64,000 bases of DNA from assembly GCA_964633995.1 (NCBI GenBank), contig CAZWKN010000001.1, forward strand, positions 134,527 through 198,526, read 5' to 3'. Origin of the DNA: an uncultured Gammaproteobacteria bacterium (lineage in GTDB: Bacteria > Patescibacteriota > Microgenomatia > CAZETR01 > Amesbacteraceae). A program made the position numbers and the translations under genes. Shown here in pieces: positions 10,263-20,939 of the stretch; position 1 is the stretch's first letter, and each line of letters opens with the position of its first letter. The notes beneath the pieces were generated by a model. The model saw only the letters and a program-made list of their open reading frames with translations. It was not told the origin of the DNA and did not search any database.

Positions 10263-10997
10263 ATGTCGGGACATTCTAAATGGGCAACTATTCATAGGGC
10301 CAAGGAAGCAAAGGATGCGAAAAAAGGGGCAGCGTTTACAAAATTGGCTATGAATATTACGGTAGCGGTTAGGCAGGGGGGTGGAATCGGAGATCCAGAC
10401 CAGAATTTTCGATTAAGGTTGGCTGTGGATAAGGCGAGGCAGTTTAATATGCCCAAAGAGAATATTAACCGGGCGATCGAAAAAGGGGTTGGGAATGGGG
10501 GAGCAGATAGTCTGACTGAGGCTTTGTATGAAGGATTTGCCCCTGGTGGGGTTGCGGTAATGGCTGAGGCACTGACTGACAACAAGGTGCGAACTGCGCA
10601 ATTTGTGCGGTTAATAATTGAAAAAAATGGGGGAGTAATGGGAAATTCCGGATCTGTTAACTATATGTTTTCACACTTGGGGGAATTAAAAATACCCCAA
10701 AAAGACAGCAAAAATGGTGATCTGGATTCGCAGGAATTGGATATTATCGATTGTGGAGTAGATGACATTGAGGTTGGTGATGGGTTTTTTTTGGCCTATT
10801 GCAATAAGGATTTGACTTACGAGGTAAAAAAGGCGGTCGAAGCAAAGGGTTTCTTAGTTGAGTCTGCAGAGTTGATCATGAAGCCTCAAGCTTTGGTGGA
10901 GGTTTCTGATACCGAGACGGCAGCCAAGGTCGAGAAAATTCTTGAGGAGTTGGAAAATTTAGATGATGTTCAGAAAGTGTGGACCAACTATGCGTAA
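10263..10997 (+). CDS. yebC: YebC/PmpR-family protein
   Basis: MSGHSKWATI, YEGFAPGGVA, TDNKVRT, DDVQKVWTN. Confidence 0.96.
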   Translation: MSGHSKWATIHRAKEAKDAKKGAAFTKLAMNITVAVRQGGGIGDPDQNFRLRLAVDKARQFNMPKENINRAIEKGVGNGGADSLTEALYEGFAPGGVAVMAEALTDNKVRTAQFVRLIIEKNGGVMGNSGSVNYMFSHLGELKIPQKDSKNGDLDSQELDIIDCGVDDIEVGDGFFLAYCNKDLTYEVKKAVEAKGFLVESAELIMKPQALVEVSDTETAAKVEKILEELENLDDVQKVWTNYA

Positions 10998-11760
10998 GAG
11001 GCAAAAGTTGGTACTGACTGCGTGTATTTTATCTTTAGGACTTTTGATAGAGCAGTCGGTGGGATTTGACTGGAAATATCCTATGGTAGCACTGGTAAGT
11101 GCTTTAACGTGGGTGTTGGCTTTGTGGGCCTTAAGAGAAGGTATAACCAAAATTGGGTGGTTGATAATTCCGTTGCCATCTGTGTTATTTACGGCTTCAG
11201 TTGGGCTTTTTTATGTGTTATTGCCTCAGTCGATGTTGGCCAGATCCGCTATTATATTGTTGTTTGGAATTGGTCAATATGCGCTGCTTTTGACAGCCAA
11301 CATCTACTCTGTAGCCGCGATCAGGACAATTGCCCTTTTTAGGGCGGCATCTGCGGTGGGTTTTGTGATGATATTGTTGTCGGGATTTTTTTTGTTTGAC
11401 ACCATTTTGTCGTTTAGAATGTATTTTTGGGGGATTGGGTTTTGGGTGTTTGTGGCCAGTTTTTTGCTGATTTTGCCAGGACTTTGGTCGGTTAATTTGG
11501 AAGATAAATTGTCTAAAAGAGTGATCGGTTATTCTGCGGTGTTATCGGCAATGATTTCAATGCTGGCGATGGCTATTGCTTTTTGGCCAATCAGCATAGC
11601 AGTGTCGAGCCTCTTTTTGTGCGCCATGATTTATGTGTATTTGGGAATTGTTCAACATCATTTTTCCCAAAGACTTTTTACAAAAACTGTTTGGGAATAC
11701 GTGACTGTGGGAGTAGTCGTATTAATTACCATGTTGCTAACAGCAGGGTGGGGAGTGTAA
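10990..11760 (+). CDS. Conserved multi-pass membrane protein (DUF5656-like)
   Basis: About 8 TMs; LLTANIYSVAAIRTIALFRAA motif. Confidence 0.65.
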   Translation: MRKRQKLVLTACILSLGLLIEQSVGFDWKYPMVALVSALTWVLALWALREGITKIGWLIIPLPSVLFTASVGLFYVLLPQSMLARSAIILLFGIGQYALLLTANIYSVAAIRTIALFRAASAVGFVMILLSGFFLFDTILSFRMYFWGIGFWVFVASFLLILPGLWSVNLEDKLSKRVIGYSAVLSAMISMLAMAIAFWPISIAVSSLFLCAMIYVYLGIVQHHFSQRLFTKTVWEYVTVGVVVLITMLLTAGWGV

Positions 11761-11769
11761 AATTTTGAA

Positions 11770-11937
11770 ATGTTATTAGAAGCACGGGCGTCCACTGTAA
11801 AGAAACCGGTTGTTACGACTGTTAATGGGGTCAGGCCTGATGGTAAGCCTGCTTCCCATTCAATAACTACATCAAAAAAACGAGTTGAACAAGAGAAGAA
11901 GAAACCTGCGAAACAACCGACTTTGTTTCCAGGGTAG
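11770..11937 (+). CDS. Small basic protein (55 aa) with C-terminal QPTLF
   Basis: Hand translation MLLEARASTVKKPVV...KKPAKQPTLFPG; below the ORF-track size cutoff. Confidence 0.4.
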   Translation: MLLEARASTVKKPVVTTVNGVRPDGKPASHSITTSKKRVEQEKKKPAKQPTLFPG

Positions 11938-12099
11938 TTTTCACAAGGGGAGAGGAGTAGTTTTCACGGGTTCAACCTCAATTTTAGCTTTGAATGATAT
12001 AGTTTGATGGGGTTAGAGGAAATATTATAGGTCATAATCTTATCACCGATTGTGGATAACTGCTAAGAAGACAACTTCGGAATGCGCCGGTAGGGGTGG

Positions 12100-12170
12100 G
12101 GTGAGAGATTGAGGTGTTAAGACATTGAGTAATTAAGAGATTAAGAGATTGAGTGATTAAGTGGTTAAGT
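12100..12170. repeat. Degenerate 8-mer tandem array (TTAAGAGA/TTGAGTGA-like)
   Basis: gagagattgaggtgttaagacattgagtaattaagagattaagagattgagtgattaagtggttaagt. Confidence 0.75.
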
Positions 12171-12194
12171 GGGAGGGCGCTTCCCTGGCCTGAG

Positions 12195-12249
12195 TTGACT
12201 CTAAAAGTTACTCATGATATAACTGAGTATAATATCTCTTATGCTCTGT
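12195..12249 (+). promoter_or_regulatory. Sigma70 promoter overlapping a dif-like 11-6-11 inverted repeat
   Basis: TTGACT-17-TATAAC; ACTGAGTATAA-TATCTC-TTATGCTCTGT at 12222-12249. Confidence 0.6.
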
Positions 12250-12310
12250 TTAGGAACATTGGAGAAGTGCTGTATTATTAATTAGTAGTGTTGCATTAAA
12301 GTTTTCTATC

Positions 12311-13270
12311 ATGACAAGCCGGCCTGATATCAAAGTTCCCATATTACCCTCTTTGGACGATTTTCTACTATTTCTTAAGACCCAAAATTATTCCGAAGAA
12401 ACAATTTACAATTATGAACGCGATCTTAAGCAACTCCAGAACTTTTTGGCAAGTTGTCAAAAGGAGTTTTCTGGCTTAGATAAGGCGTTAATTAATCAGT
12501 ATAAGGCCTACTTGGTCAGCAGGGATCGAGTTTTGCCGATTACGGGGCTTACAGCGGGTCGTAGGCTCGAACCACGCTCCTTAAACAGGAATTTATCGGC
12601 GATCCGTGCCTATTTAAGATTTCTGATTGATTTGGATATACCAGTGCCGATTCCACCCGATGCTTTGAAGATGGTTAAAACAGATAGAAAGCACCCGCAG
12701 GTAGCTGAACTTGCTGAATTAATAAAACTGATTGAGTCTCCTATGAAATTCGAAAAAGATGAATTAGTAGGCTTGCGTAACAGAGTTATGCTTGAAGTAT
12801 TACTGGCGTCCGGAATGCGCATTTCTGAACTGGTGTCAATTAATAAAAATCAAATTGATAGCACGGGAAGGATTTTCATTCGAGGTAAGGGTCGTAAAGA
12901 ACGATTTGTGTATTTAACTGAGCGGGCACTTTATTGGGTGAACCAATATTTAACCCGAAGACAGGATCTGGCTCCGGCTTTGTTTATTCCATATAGAGGA
13001 AATAATTCGGGAAAACAAATAAAGAGAATATCGACTAATTATCTTCAGGCAAAAATAAAGGAATACAGAGAGAAATTGCGAATAAACGTGCCTACATCTG
13101 CCCATTCATTGAGGCATGGGTTTGCGACTTATTTGGCGGAATCTGGGGCCAATCCTGCGGCTATACAGGTACTTTTGGGACACGAATCGTTAGACACTAC
13201 AACCAGGTATGTTCATGCATCGGATAAGTATGCGGAGGAAACACACCACAAATTTCACCCCGTGAAGTAG
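12311..13270 (+). CDS. XerC/XerD-family tyrosine recombinase
   Basis: SGMRISE, GKGRKER, HSLRHGFAT, LLGH, TTRY catalytic set. Confidence 0.93.
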   Translation: MTSRPDIKVPILPSLDDFLLFLKTQNYSEETIYNYERDLKQLQNFLASCQKEFSGLDKALINQYKAYLVSRDRVLPITGLTAGRRLEPRSLNRNLSAIRAYLRFLIDLDIPVPIPPDALKMVKTDRKHPQVAELAELIKLIESPMKFEKDELVGLRNRVMLEVLLASGMRISELVSINKNQIDSTGRIFIRGKGRKERFVYLTERALYWVNQYLTRRQDLAPALFIPYRGNNSGKQIKRISTNYLQAKIKEYREKLRINVPTSAHSLRHGFATYLAESGANPAAIQVLLGHESLDTTTRYVHASDKYAEETHHKFHPVK

Positions 13271-13662
13271 AGATTTTTGGCATGCATGGCTGCTTCTGCT
13301 GCACAGTTGGTGGCAATAATGGCAAAGAATGCTGCCACTAGATCAAGCGTCTGGCCACTACCGGGAGGGATAATGGATCTTTCGTTTGCTATTAATGCAC
13401 CCAAAGCAAATGCAGATGTCGCTGCGCCGAGAGCAAGTGACAATCTGCGGTTTTTGGTTAGCATATAACAAAGCCCTGTCGAAACTAATCCTAAATAGGC
13501 AACTTGGGTACCTAATGTAAAATCACCAGAAAACTCCCCTATTGTTGTCCCAAAAATATTTCTTAGCCCGGGGATGTGAATTAATTGTTCAGTCCCTATT
13601 CCTGCAAAATAAATGAGTGACCAACCAACTCTATTTATTTTGTGCAGTTTGGTCGTTTCCAT
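13255..13662 (-). CDS. Hypothetical membrane protein
   Basis: 135-aa ORF with several hydrophobic segments. Confidence 0.55.
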   Translation of the reverse strand: METTKLHKINRVGWSLIYFAGIGTEQLIHIPGLRNIFGTTIGEFSGDFTLGTQVAYLGLVSTGLCYMLTKNRRLSLALGAATSAFALGALIANERSIIPPGSGQTLDLVAAFFAIIATNCAAEAAMHAKNLYFTG

Positions 13663-13671
13663 GAAAATGGA

Positions 13672-14070
13672 TTATACCCGATGGGGATCGAAGTCGTTGA
13701 GGAATGGTTCTAATGGGTCTTGAGAATTAATATCGTAGTTGTAGTTGATGAACAATTCTTCCCCTAGATTGATATTTTTTAGTGCAGTAAAAATTAATAC
13801 TTTTTCTTTGTAATTAAATCCATATCTAACGTTTGGGGTGTATGAATGATTAATCAGACTTCCGTAACCTAAAGCAATACAGTGATATTTTGCGTTCCAT
13901 TCAAAATAGTAGCGCCACAAAACAGTTTTTTTTAAAAATTGAGATTGATTTATTTCGACCAAAATAATTGGGCATCTTTCTAACTCTTGTCCTTTGATGA
14001 TGTCTTGGGTTGCGATAATGCCCCTAATTTTAAGCGTAGGAGACTCCCCTACTTTGAACGGTAATAACAT
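13672..14070 (-). CDS. SET-domain lysine methyltransferase-like protein
   Basis: RGIIA, GYGSLINHSYTPN, GEELFINY. Confidence 0.92.
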   Translation of the reverse strand: MLLPFKVGESPTLKIRGIIATQDIIKGQELERCPIILVEINQSQFLKKTVLWRYYFEWNAKYHCIALGYGSLINHSYTPNVRYGFNYKEKVLIFTALKNINLGEELFINYNYDINSQDPLEPFLNDFDPHRV

Positions 14071-14244
14071 TTTGATAATTATATGCGTTATTTTTTTTAA
14101 GCAAAATTTTTTTGTATATTTTTTTGCGCACAAATTAATTAAATAATGGCTGATTGAAGACTAAAAAATATTTGACAATAGAGTTTGCTTTTTGCAAACT
14201 AACTTGATCATGTTTGAAGCAGTTAAGTCATTAATGAAAACTTC

Positions 14245-15258
14245 GTGAAAGTAGCAGTTCTTTTTAATTCACCAGGACCTTCTTCGTCCTTGCAAATTGC
14301 TGAGTCTGAAGATGATACGCGCCAGTCCGCGAGTGAAGTTTGTGATGCTTTGAAAGAATTGGGACATGCGGCGACCTTGGTGGAAGTTGGTGAAAAAGAC
14401 ATCGAAAAAATATCACTGATAAGGGCAGATTTTATTTTTAATTTAGTTGAATGGAGTGGACGCGAGACGACTTTGGGGGTAAGGGTGGTAAATATGTTAG
14501 AAAGAATGGGAATTGCTTTTTCCGGGTCGGGTTCTTTTGGATACGAAGTTTCTTGTAATAAATTTTTAATGAAAAAAGCTTTGGTGCGAAATAAAATTCC
14601 GACAGCCAAGTATCAAGTACTAAGTGCTAAGGATGAAGTGCTAAGGGATGATTTTGTTTTTCCTGTAATTGTAAAACCAGTTGCTGAACATTGTGGAATT
14701 GGGATATCTCAGGATAGTGTTTGTAAAAATATCCAAGAAACAAGGAACAAGATACAAATTTTGTTTGAAACGTTTGGACAGCCAGTGTTGGTCGAAGAAT
14801 TCATTGAAGGGAGAGAGTTGCATGTGACGGTATTGGAAAAAAATGGAAAGCCTTGGGTATTGCCGCCAGCGGAGGTGATTTTCAAGAAAAAAAAAGATTA
14901 TTTTCCGATTCTTTCATACGACGCTAAATGGAAAACAAATACATGGGAGTGGAAAATGTCTGAGATGGTTGATGCCAAATTGGACGCCTCCTTGTTAAAA
15001 ACTGTGACTAGTATCTCGACTAAAGCATTTACCAAGTTGGGTGGAGCTGATTATACGAGATTGGATTTTAGGGTTAATAAAAAAGGAGTTTATGTGTTGG
15101 AAATAAATAATAATCCCGGGATTGGATTTGACTTGGAAAGTGGTATTGGAAGATCGGCGCGGAGAGTGGGTTTTGATAAGTATTCTAAATTGATAGATCA
15201 CATTGTAAAAAACGCAGTTGTTAGATGGTCTAAAAGATATGACGCCTTTGCATTTTGA
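14245..15258 (+). CDS. D-Ala-D-Ala ligase-like ATP-grasp protein 1
   Basis: IFNLVE, PVIVKP..E..GIGI, EEFIEGRE, RLDFR, LEINNNPG. Confidence 0.88.
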   Translation: MKVAVLFNSPGPSSSLQIAESEDDTRQSASEVCDALKELGHAATLVEVGEKDIEKISLIRADFIFNLVEWSGRETTLGVRVVNMLERMGIAFSGSGSFGYEVSCNKFLMKKALVRNKIPTAKYQVLSAKDEVLRDDFVFPVIVKPVAEHCGIGISQDSVCKNIQETRNKIQILFETFGQPVLVEEFIEGRELHVTVLEKNGKPWVLPPAEVIFKKKKDYFPILSYDAKWKTNTWEWKMSEMVDAKLDASLLKTVTSISTKAFTKLGGADYTRLDFRVNKKGVYVLEINNNPGIGFDLESGIGRSARRVGFDKYSKLIDHIVKNAVVRWSKRYDAFAF

Positions 15259-16288
15259 TTATCCAGTGAGTGTGGCGATCTTGTATTACGGAGATGGTTC
15301 TTCTAAGGACGACGTAGATACCGTCGAGACTTTGGCCAACTTGACGGAGGCTTTGGAAAAAAGAGGGCATGTGGTTAGAAGCATGAAAGTTAATAAAAAA
15401 AATTGGCGGAAAGCTGTTCGAATACCCGGTGAAATCGTGTTTAATTTGGTTGAAGATCCTGGATGGATTTTGTACAACAAGGTTGGTGAGTTGTTGGAAA
15501 GACTGGGAAGGGCTCAAGTGGGCCAAAATATGAAGACTTTGAAATATGGATGCAAGAAGGCGTGGATGAAGAGGAGGATGAGAAGGCTGGGAATTTCGAC
15601 TCCAGAATTTCGGATATTTAACAGGAGGAGTAGGGTGACCCAGGTTCGTGGATTGGAGTATCCCTTGTTTGTAAAGCCTTCAGGCCAACATGCGGGGATA
15701 GGGATATCGCAGGATTCAGTGGTGATCGATGAAGACGAGCTTTCTGAAAGGGTGAAATACTTGTTTAAGTATTTCCCAGGAGAAGTGATAGCTGAGCAAT
15801 TCGTCGACGGTAGAGAAATTCATGTTACTGTTTTAGGTAACGGTAAGCATTTGGTGACACTTCCCTATGCCGAGTTGGTGTTTGTAGGCGAGTACGCCGA
15901 TAATTGGGAAATATATACATTTGAGGCCAAGTGGAATGATGAGTCATGGGAATATTGGAGTGTGCCGGTTATTAGTCCAATTAAAATGACTAAACAATTG
16001 GGGAATAGGATCGAGAAACTGGTCAAAAAAGCGTTTAGGGCTTTTTCGTGTAAAGACATCGCCAGGTTTGATTTGAGAGTAGATAAAAATGACAAGCCAT
16101 ATATCGTCGACATAAACATTAATCCCAGTCTGGCAAAACAGGAAACCGATGCGACCTGGAAGTCTGCCGTAGCTTTAGAGTGGTCTTATGAAGATTTGGT
16201 CGAGACAATAGTGGGGATTACTTACAAAAGATATTACGGAAAGATGCCGGAACGAATTAGGGATAGGCAACTTTTACTAACGGCATAG
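15239..16288 (+). CDS. D-Ala-D-Ala ligase-like ATP-grasp protein 2
   Basis: VFNLVE, PLFVKP, EQFVDGRE, RFDLR, VDININP; paralog of the upstream gene. Confidence 0.88.
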   Translation: MTPLHFDYPVSVAILYYGDGSSKDDVDTVETLANLTEALEKRGHVVRSMKVNKKNWRKAVRIPGEIVFNLVEDPGWILYNKVGELLERLGRAQVGQNMKTLKYGCKKAWMKRRMRRLGISTPEFRIFNRRSRVTQVRGLEYPLFVKPSGQHAGIGISQDSVVIDEDELSERVKYLFKYFPGEVIAEQFVDGREIHVTVLGNGKHLVTLPYAELVFVGEYADNWEIYTFEAKWNDESWEYWSVPVISPIKMTKQLGNRIEKLVKKAFRAFSCKDIARFDLRVDKNDKPYIVDININPSLAKQETDATWKSAVALEWSYEDLVETIVGITYKRYYGKMPERIRDRQLLLTA

Positions 16289-16289
16289 G

Positions 16290-17735
16290 TTATAGTTTTT
16301 TGTATAAAGTTACACGTGTAGAGTTGTTGGTGTAAGTTTTGATCCAGTTTGAGTAGTTGGTTGGTAGAACTGCATCTGGTTCACGAAGAAGAATAAAGTC
16401 AAAATTGTTCGGATCATAAATAAAGTTTGCGTAGTAAAGATTATTGATTCCTAGAGTTAAAACGCGATCGGTTGATTTTACGTACTCCCCTATTTTGCCG
16501 TCACAATCATAATAGTCGCCAAAATTAAAATTTAAACGTGAACACAGAAATTCTGTTTGGGACTGAAAACTGAAAATAACAGGTAAATATTTACTATTAG
16601 CGGCTACGCGATAAAGTATATAAAAACAAGATAGAAGTAGGGCTAAGGTGAGTAAAATCTTGGATCTTAGAATGTAGATAACAGAGGCTGTTATGACGGA
16701 AAAAGCTGGAAGATACGGCAATATAAAACGGCCACCTCCGGCATGTGGAATAAAGTACCAACTAGTGAGTCCAAGAAAACTGTAGGTAATCAACAAATTG
16801 AGAGAGGATAGTTTTTTATAATTTATGACTATAAATGGTATGGTAAATAAATATATTAAGTTTATGGGATCCGCTGCGTAAGAAAATAACATCCATAAGT
16901 CTGAAATGTGACTAGAAAAATTTTCGGTTAAAACAGGTGAAAGAATGGGGTAAATAGGATTACCTGTTGATAAATATGCTCTGAGGAGCCAGGGGAATAC
17001 AATAACAATTACCAAGAAACAAAATCCAAGATACAAACGGATTTTAGTTCTTCGTATCATCAGCAACACTAAAAATATTGGGAGTGAAGAAATTGCGAGA
17101 AGTTTGGTACATATTGCAAAACCAAGGGAAATGGCAGATTTATAAAATTTGTTGTCGAGAAAAAAATACAAGGCCGATGCTTCAAAAAAAGTTCTAGCCA
17201 GATCGATATATGCCGATGTCGATTCCCAACCGAAAACTAGATTGGTTCCCATAATGAGTGTAGCGAGTAGTGAGTAGTAGGAATCAAGCGTTTTATTGGC
17301 TAATTTGAATGTCATTACGAGAGTAAGTAGCCCAAAAATGTAATGAATAAGTTTTCCGGGGACCAAGAAATAAAACATCTCCGTTAACAGGGGCATAGCA
17401 GAGTATTTGAAGGTGGAATCTGTTAAAAAAAATATTTTATGATGAGATAACCAAATTTTTGGAAGAGTAAGGTGGTACCACAGGGCATCAAAACCAATTT
17501 CGGGTCCAAGTGCACCAATTAGATTGGTTAAGCACAAAACTACAAGCATTAATATAAGGATTTTTTCTGGAAATGTTTCCGGTTTAATTAATTGAATTGT
17601 GCGAATGTTGGTAAGACCAATGAAAATATAAATTGCCGACACAATAAGAATGTTTAAAGGAGTGAGAATTCCCAGAAGACCGATTAATAGTATTGAATAA
17701 GAGTAGAGCCCAAGGAGAATGATTAGTGTGAACAC
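16290..17735 (-). CDS. GT-C (ArnT/PMT-like) membrane glycosyltransferase
   Basis: FDALWYHL.LPK, TGNPIYP, RFILP; many TMs. Confidence 0.75.
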   Translation of the reverse strand: MFTLIILLGLYSYSILLIGLLGILTPLNILIVSAIYIFIGLTNIRTIQLIKPETFPEKILILMLVVLCLTNLIGALGPEIGFDALWYHLTLPKIWLSHHKIFFLTDSTFKYSAMPLLTEMFYFLVPGKLIHYIFGLLTLVMTFKLANKTLDSYYSLLATLIMGTNLVFGWESTSAYIDLARTFFEASALYFFLDNKFYKSAISLGFAICTKLLAISSLPIFLVLLMIRRTKIRLYLGFCFLVIVIVFPWLLRAYLSTGNPIYPILSPVLTENFSSHISDLWMLFSYAADPINLIYLFTIPFIVINYKKLSSLNLLITYSFLGLTSWYFIPHAGGGRFILPYLPAFSVITASVIYILRSKILLTLALLLSCFYILYRVAANSKYLPVIFSFQSQTEFLCSRLNFNFGDYYDCDGKIGEYVKSTDRVLTLGINNLYYANFIYDPNNFDFILLREPDAVLPTNYSNWIKTYTNNSTRVTLYKKL

Positions 17736-17744
17736 GGAGTAATT

Positions 17745-20231
17745 TTACAATTCTTTTTCAAGACATGTGACAGCTGCTACGGTGTCTCCCTTTTTGCTAA
17801 ATCTCATCAAGATGACTCCCTGGGTATCACGACCCAGTTGGGGAATGTTTTTTAGTGGAAGTTTGATGATTTGAGCTGATTTGGACGTCATGACTATTTG
17901 GTCTATGGTTTCGTCTACTGAGACACAGGTAATTATTTTGCCTGTCTTGGGGGTAATTTGGGCGGCTTTGACACCGGAACCAGCTCTTTTTTGAAGAGGC
18001 CAGTTTTTGATTGAAGTTCGTTTGCCAAGACCGTTTTCAGTAACGATTAAAACGTCCTCAAACGTCTTGCGTCGTTTGTCTGATGGATCTGGTTTGTTAG
18101 AAGGATAAACTTCCATGCCGATCACAAAGTCTTGGCCCTTGAGGTCTATTCCTCTAACTCCCATGGTGTCGCGGGCAGTGTGGCGGACATCTTCTTCTTT
18201 GAAACGGATGGACTTACCTTCGTGAGACACAAGTAAAACTTGATCTGAACCGGTTGTGGGTTTAACCCACTTGAGGATATCCCCTGTTTCGAGCTTGATG
18301 GCAATTTTTCCGCTTTGCCGGATATTGTCATACTCTGATAATTTGGTTTTTTTGATAGTGCCTTTGTCTGTTACCATGAGCAGGAATTTGGCTTGATCGT
18401 CTTTGCCTAGTGAAAGGATGGTTTGCAGTTTCTCGTCTTGCTCGATATTTATGAGGTTAACTATGGCCTGACCTTTGGCTTGGCGTGAACCTTCGGGGAG
18501 ATCGTAAGTTTTAATTTTGAAAACCCGACCTTTGTTGGTGAAGAAATACATGTCATCGTGAGTATTGGCAGTTAAAATATGTGAGATTTCATCTTCTTCT
18601 TTGGTGGTCATGCCAGTTACTCCCTTGCCTCCTCGGGCCTGACTCCTAAAGGCGGTCGGATTTTGGCGTTTGATATAGCCAGTGGCAGTTACGGTAACTA
18701 CTGTATCTTCGGCGGGAATAAGATCTTCTTCAGAAAATTCTCCGATAGGATTTTTGTATACTCTGGTGCGACGTTCATCGCCAAATTTTTGTTTGATTTC
18801 TGCTAGTTCTGATTTTATTAAAGCTAATATTTTTTCAGTATGAGCTAGTAAATCTTCTAGGTGGTTAATTAATTCCATTATGGCCTTGTATTCGTCTTCA
18901 ATTTTTCTGCGCTCTAGGGCTGCAAGTTTGCGAAGTTGCATGTCTAAAATAGCTGTGGCTTGTATTTCCGATAAATTGAATCTAGCCATAAGATTCTTTT
19001 TGGCAGTATCGGAATCTGCTGATTCACGGATGGTTTTGATTACGGCATCTAAGTGGTCGAGAGCTATTTTTAGACCTTCAAGGATGTGGGCTCTGGCTCG
19101 GGCCTCTTTAAGTTCAAATTCAGTTCGACGGGTAATTACCAATTGACGGTGCTTGATATATTCGGACAAAATCATCTTAAGGCTGCAGGTTTGAGGAGTG
19201 TCGTCAACTAGGGCAACAAAATTTGCAGGGAAAGAAGTCTGGAGAGCTGTGTGTTTGTAGAGGTTGTTGAGGAGTGACTTGGGTTTGGCATCACGTTTTA
19301 GCTCTACTACTACCCGGATGCCATGACGATCTGATTCGTCGCGCAGGTCGGATATTCCCTCGATCTTTTTTTCATGAACTAAGTTTGCTATTTTGGAAAC
19401 CATTTCGGCTTTGTTGACCTGGTAGGGAATTTCTGTAATGACTATTTGGGATTTGCCCGATTTGGTTTCCTCTATTTCTGCTTTTCCACGAACAACGATA
19501 CGTCCTCTGCCGGTGGCGTAAACTTCGGCAATAGCTTTGGTGTCGTAGATGGCACCATAGGTTGGAAAATCAGGACCTTTTACAAACTGCATAAGGTTTT
19601 CTATTGTGGCCTCTGGGTAATCAATCAGATAATCAATCGCATCAATAAGCTCCGATAAATTGTGAGGTGGAATTTTGGTGGCCATACCAACGGCGATACC
19701 GTCAGACCCCATTAGTAATAAGTTGGGGAGTTTTGCTGGAAGAAAAACTGGTTCGTTGTGGGTGCCGTCAAAGTTTGGGGCCATATCGACTGTATTTTTC
19801 TCAATGTCGACAAGCATTTCCTCGGCTATCTTTGAAAGTTTAGCTTCTGTGTAGCGCATTGCAGCTGGGGAATCACCGTCAATGGAGCCGAAATTTCCTT
19901 GGCCGTCAATTAGGGGGTAACGCATGGAAAAATCTTGGGCTAAACGAACCATGGCGTCATAGACCGGCATGTCTCCGTGAGGATGGTATTTTCCTAGGAC
20001 TTCTCCAACAACCGTGGCGGATTTTTTGTGTTTACCGGAAGCTTTGAGGCCTGTGTCCCACATGGCATAGAGGATGCGACGATGAACTGGTTTTAGGCCG
20101 TCGCGGACGTCTGGAAGGGCGCGGGCGACAATGACAGACATGGCGTAATCAAGGAAGTTTTTCTGCATCTCTGTCGAGATGTTGATGGTTTGAATTTTGC
20201 CGATGGGGTTTAAATCTTGCGCTTCTGCCAT
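17745..20231 (-). CDS. gyrA: DNA gyrase subunit A
   Basis: [22 protein letters not shown], GyrA-box QARGGKG. Confidence 0.98.
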   Translation of the reverse strand: MAEAQDLNPIGKIQTINISTEMQKNFLDYAMSVIVARALPDVRDGLKPVHRRILYAMWDTGLKASGKHKKSATVVGEVLGKYHPHGDMPVYDAMVRLAQDFSMRYPLIDGQGNFGSIDGDSPAAMRYTEAKLSKIAEEMLVDIEKNTVDMAPNFDGTHNEPVFLPAKLPNLLLMGSDGIAVGMATKIPPHNLSELIDAIDYLIDYPEATIENLMQFVKGPDFPTYGAIYDTKAIAEVYATGRGRIVVRGKAEIEETKSGKSQIVITEIPYQVNKAEMVSKIANLVHEKKIEGISDLRDESDRHGIRVVVELKRDAKPKSLLNNLYKHTALQTSFPANFVALVDDTPQTCSLKMILSEYIKHRQLVITRRTEFELKEARARAHILEGLKIALDHLDAVIKTIRESADSDTAKKNLMARFNLSEIQATAILDMQLRKLAALERRKIEDEYKAIMELINHLEDLLAHTEKILALIKSELAEIKQKFGDERRTRVYKNPIGEFSEEDLIPAEDTVVTVTATGYIKRQNPTAFRSQARGGKGVTGMTTKEEDEISHILTANTHDDMYFFTNKGRVFKIKTYDLPEGSRQAKGQAIVNLINIEQDEKLQTILSLGKDDQAKFLLMVTDKGTIKKTKLSEYDNIRQSGKIAIKLETGDILKWVKPTTGSDQVLLVSHEGKSIRFKEEDVRHTARDTMGVRGIDLKGQDFVIGMEVYPSNKPDPSDKRRKTFEDVLIVTENGLGKRTSIKNWPLQKRAGSGVKAAQITPKTGKIITCVSVDETIDQIVMTSKSAQIIKLPLKNIPQLGRDTQGVILMRFSKKGDTVAAVTCLEKEL

Positions 20232-20325
20232 AGTTTTTTAGGACTCGAATATATTAACCGTTTTATATACCTAAAGCAAGGGTAATTCGAGTTATTTTGG
20301 GGATAATTTCTGAGGTGGTTTGTTG

Positions 20326-20865
20326 TTAGTCTTGAGGGGGCGTGTGGAATCGCTCCACACATTCGTGAATGATTTTTTTGGCTGCTTCGACATCTCCCCA
20401 TCCGAGTACTTTAGTGGTGCCTGGTTTTTTGAGGTCTTTATAGTGATTAAAATGAAACTCAATTTTTTCTTTCCAACGAGATCCTAGGTCTTCCAGTGTC
20501 GAGTATTTGTTGCCCAAATTGCGATCGTCTGCTACGACAGCTACGACTTTATAATCCATTTCGCCATCGTCCTCAAAGTTTAATATGCCTAAAATTTTGG
20601 CCTTAAGGTGGACTCCGGTAGAAATTGGTTCGGCACATACTATCAGAATGTCTAACTCGTCGCCGTCTTCGTCTAGGGTGCCTGGGATGAAACCATAATT
20701 AGTGGGTTTTTTGAACACATCGGGTTCCACCCTATCTAATTCGAAGGTGGCGGTTGCGCGTTTGTATTCTAATTTTAAAGTCGATCCTTCTGGAATTTCG
20801 ACAACTGCATTTACGGTGCCATCGTCAATGTTGCCGGGTGTAAGAAGTTTGTTGAAGTCTGACAT
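20326..20865 (-). CDS. ppa: Inorganic pyrophosphatase (family I)
   Basis: EIP.GS..K.E, NYGFIPGT, DGDELD, D.KV, F.HYKDL. Confidence 0.95.
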   Translation of the reverse strand: MSDFNKLLTPGNIDDGTVNAVVEIPEGSTLKLEYKRATATFELDRVEPDVFKKPTNYGFIPGTLDEDGDELDILIVCAEPISTGVHLKAKILGILNFEDDGEMDYKVVAVVADDRNLGNKYSTLEDLGSRWKEKIEFHFNHYKDLKKPGTTKVLGWGDVEAAKKIIHECVERFHTPPQD

Positions 20866-20939
20866 GGTTGTTATTTTAACAGATTTTTGAAATGTGTGTT
20901 TTTGTTGAAACGATGCAGCTGCATTGTTTAGACAAAAGA

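Noticed and set aside
12051-12059. Perfect DnaA box TGTGGATAA suggesting oriC
   Set aside because: Only one clear box, no dnaA/dnaN nearby and no visible skew switch.
12311-14070. Integron (integrase plus cassettes)
   Set aside because: The recombinase lacks the IntI-specific insertion and no attC-like sites were seen.
14245-16288. Canonical ddl or van resistance genes
   Set aside because: The N-terminal GGxSxE motif is missing and there is no mur or vanHX context.
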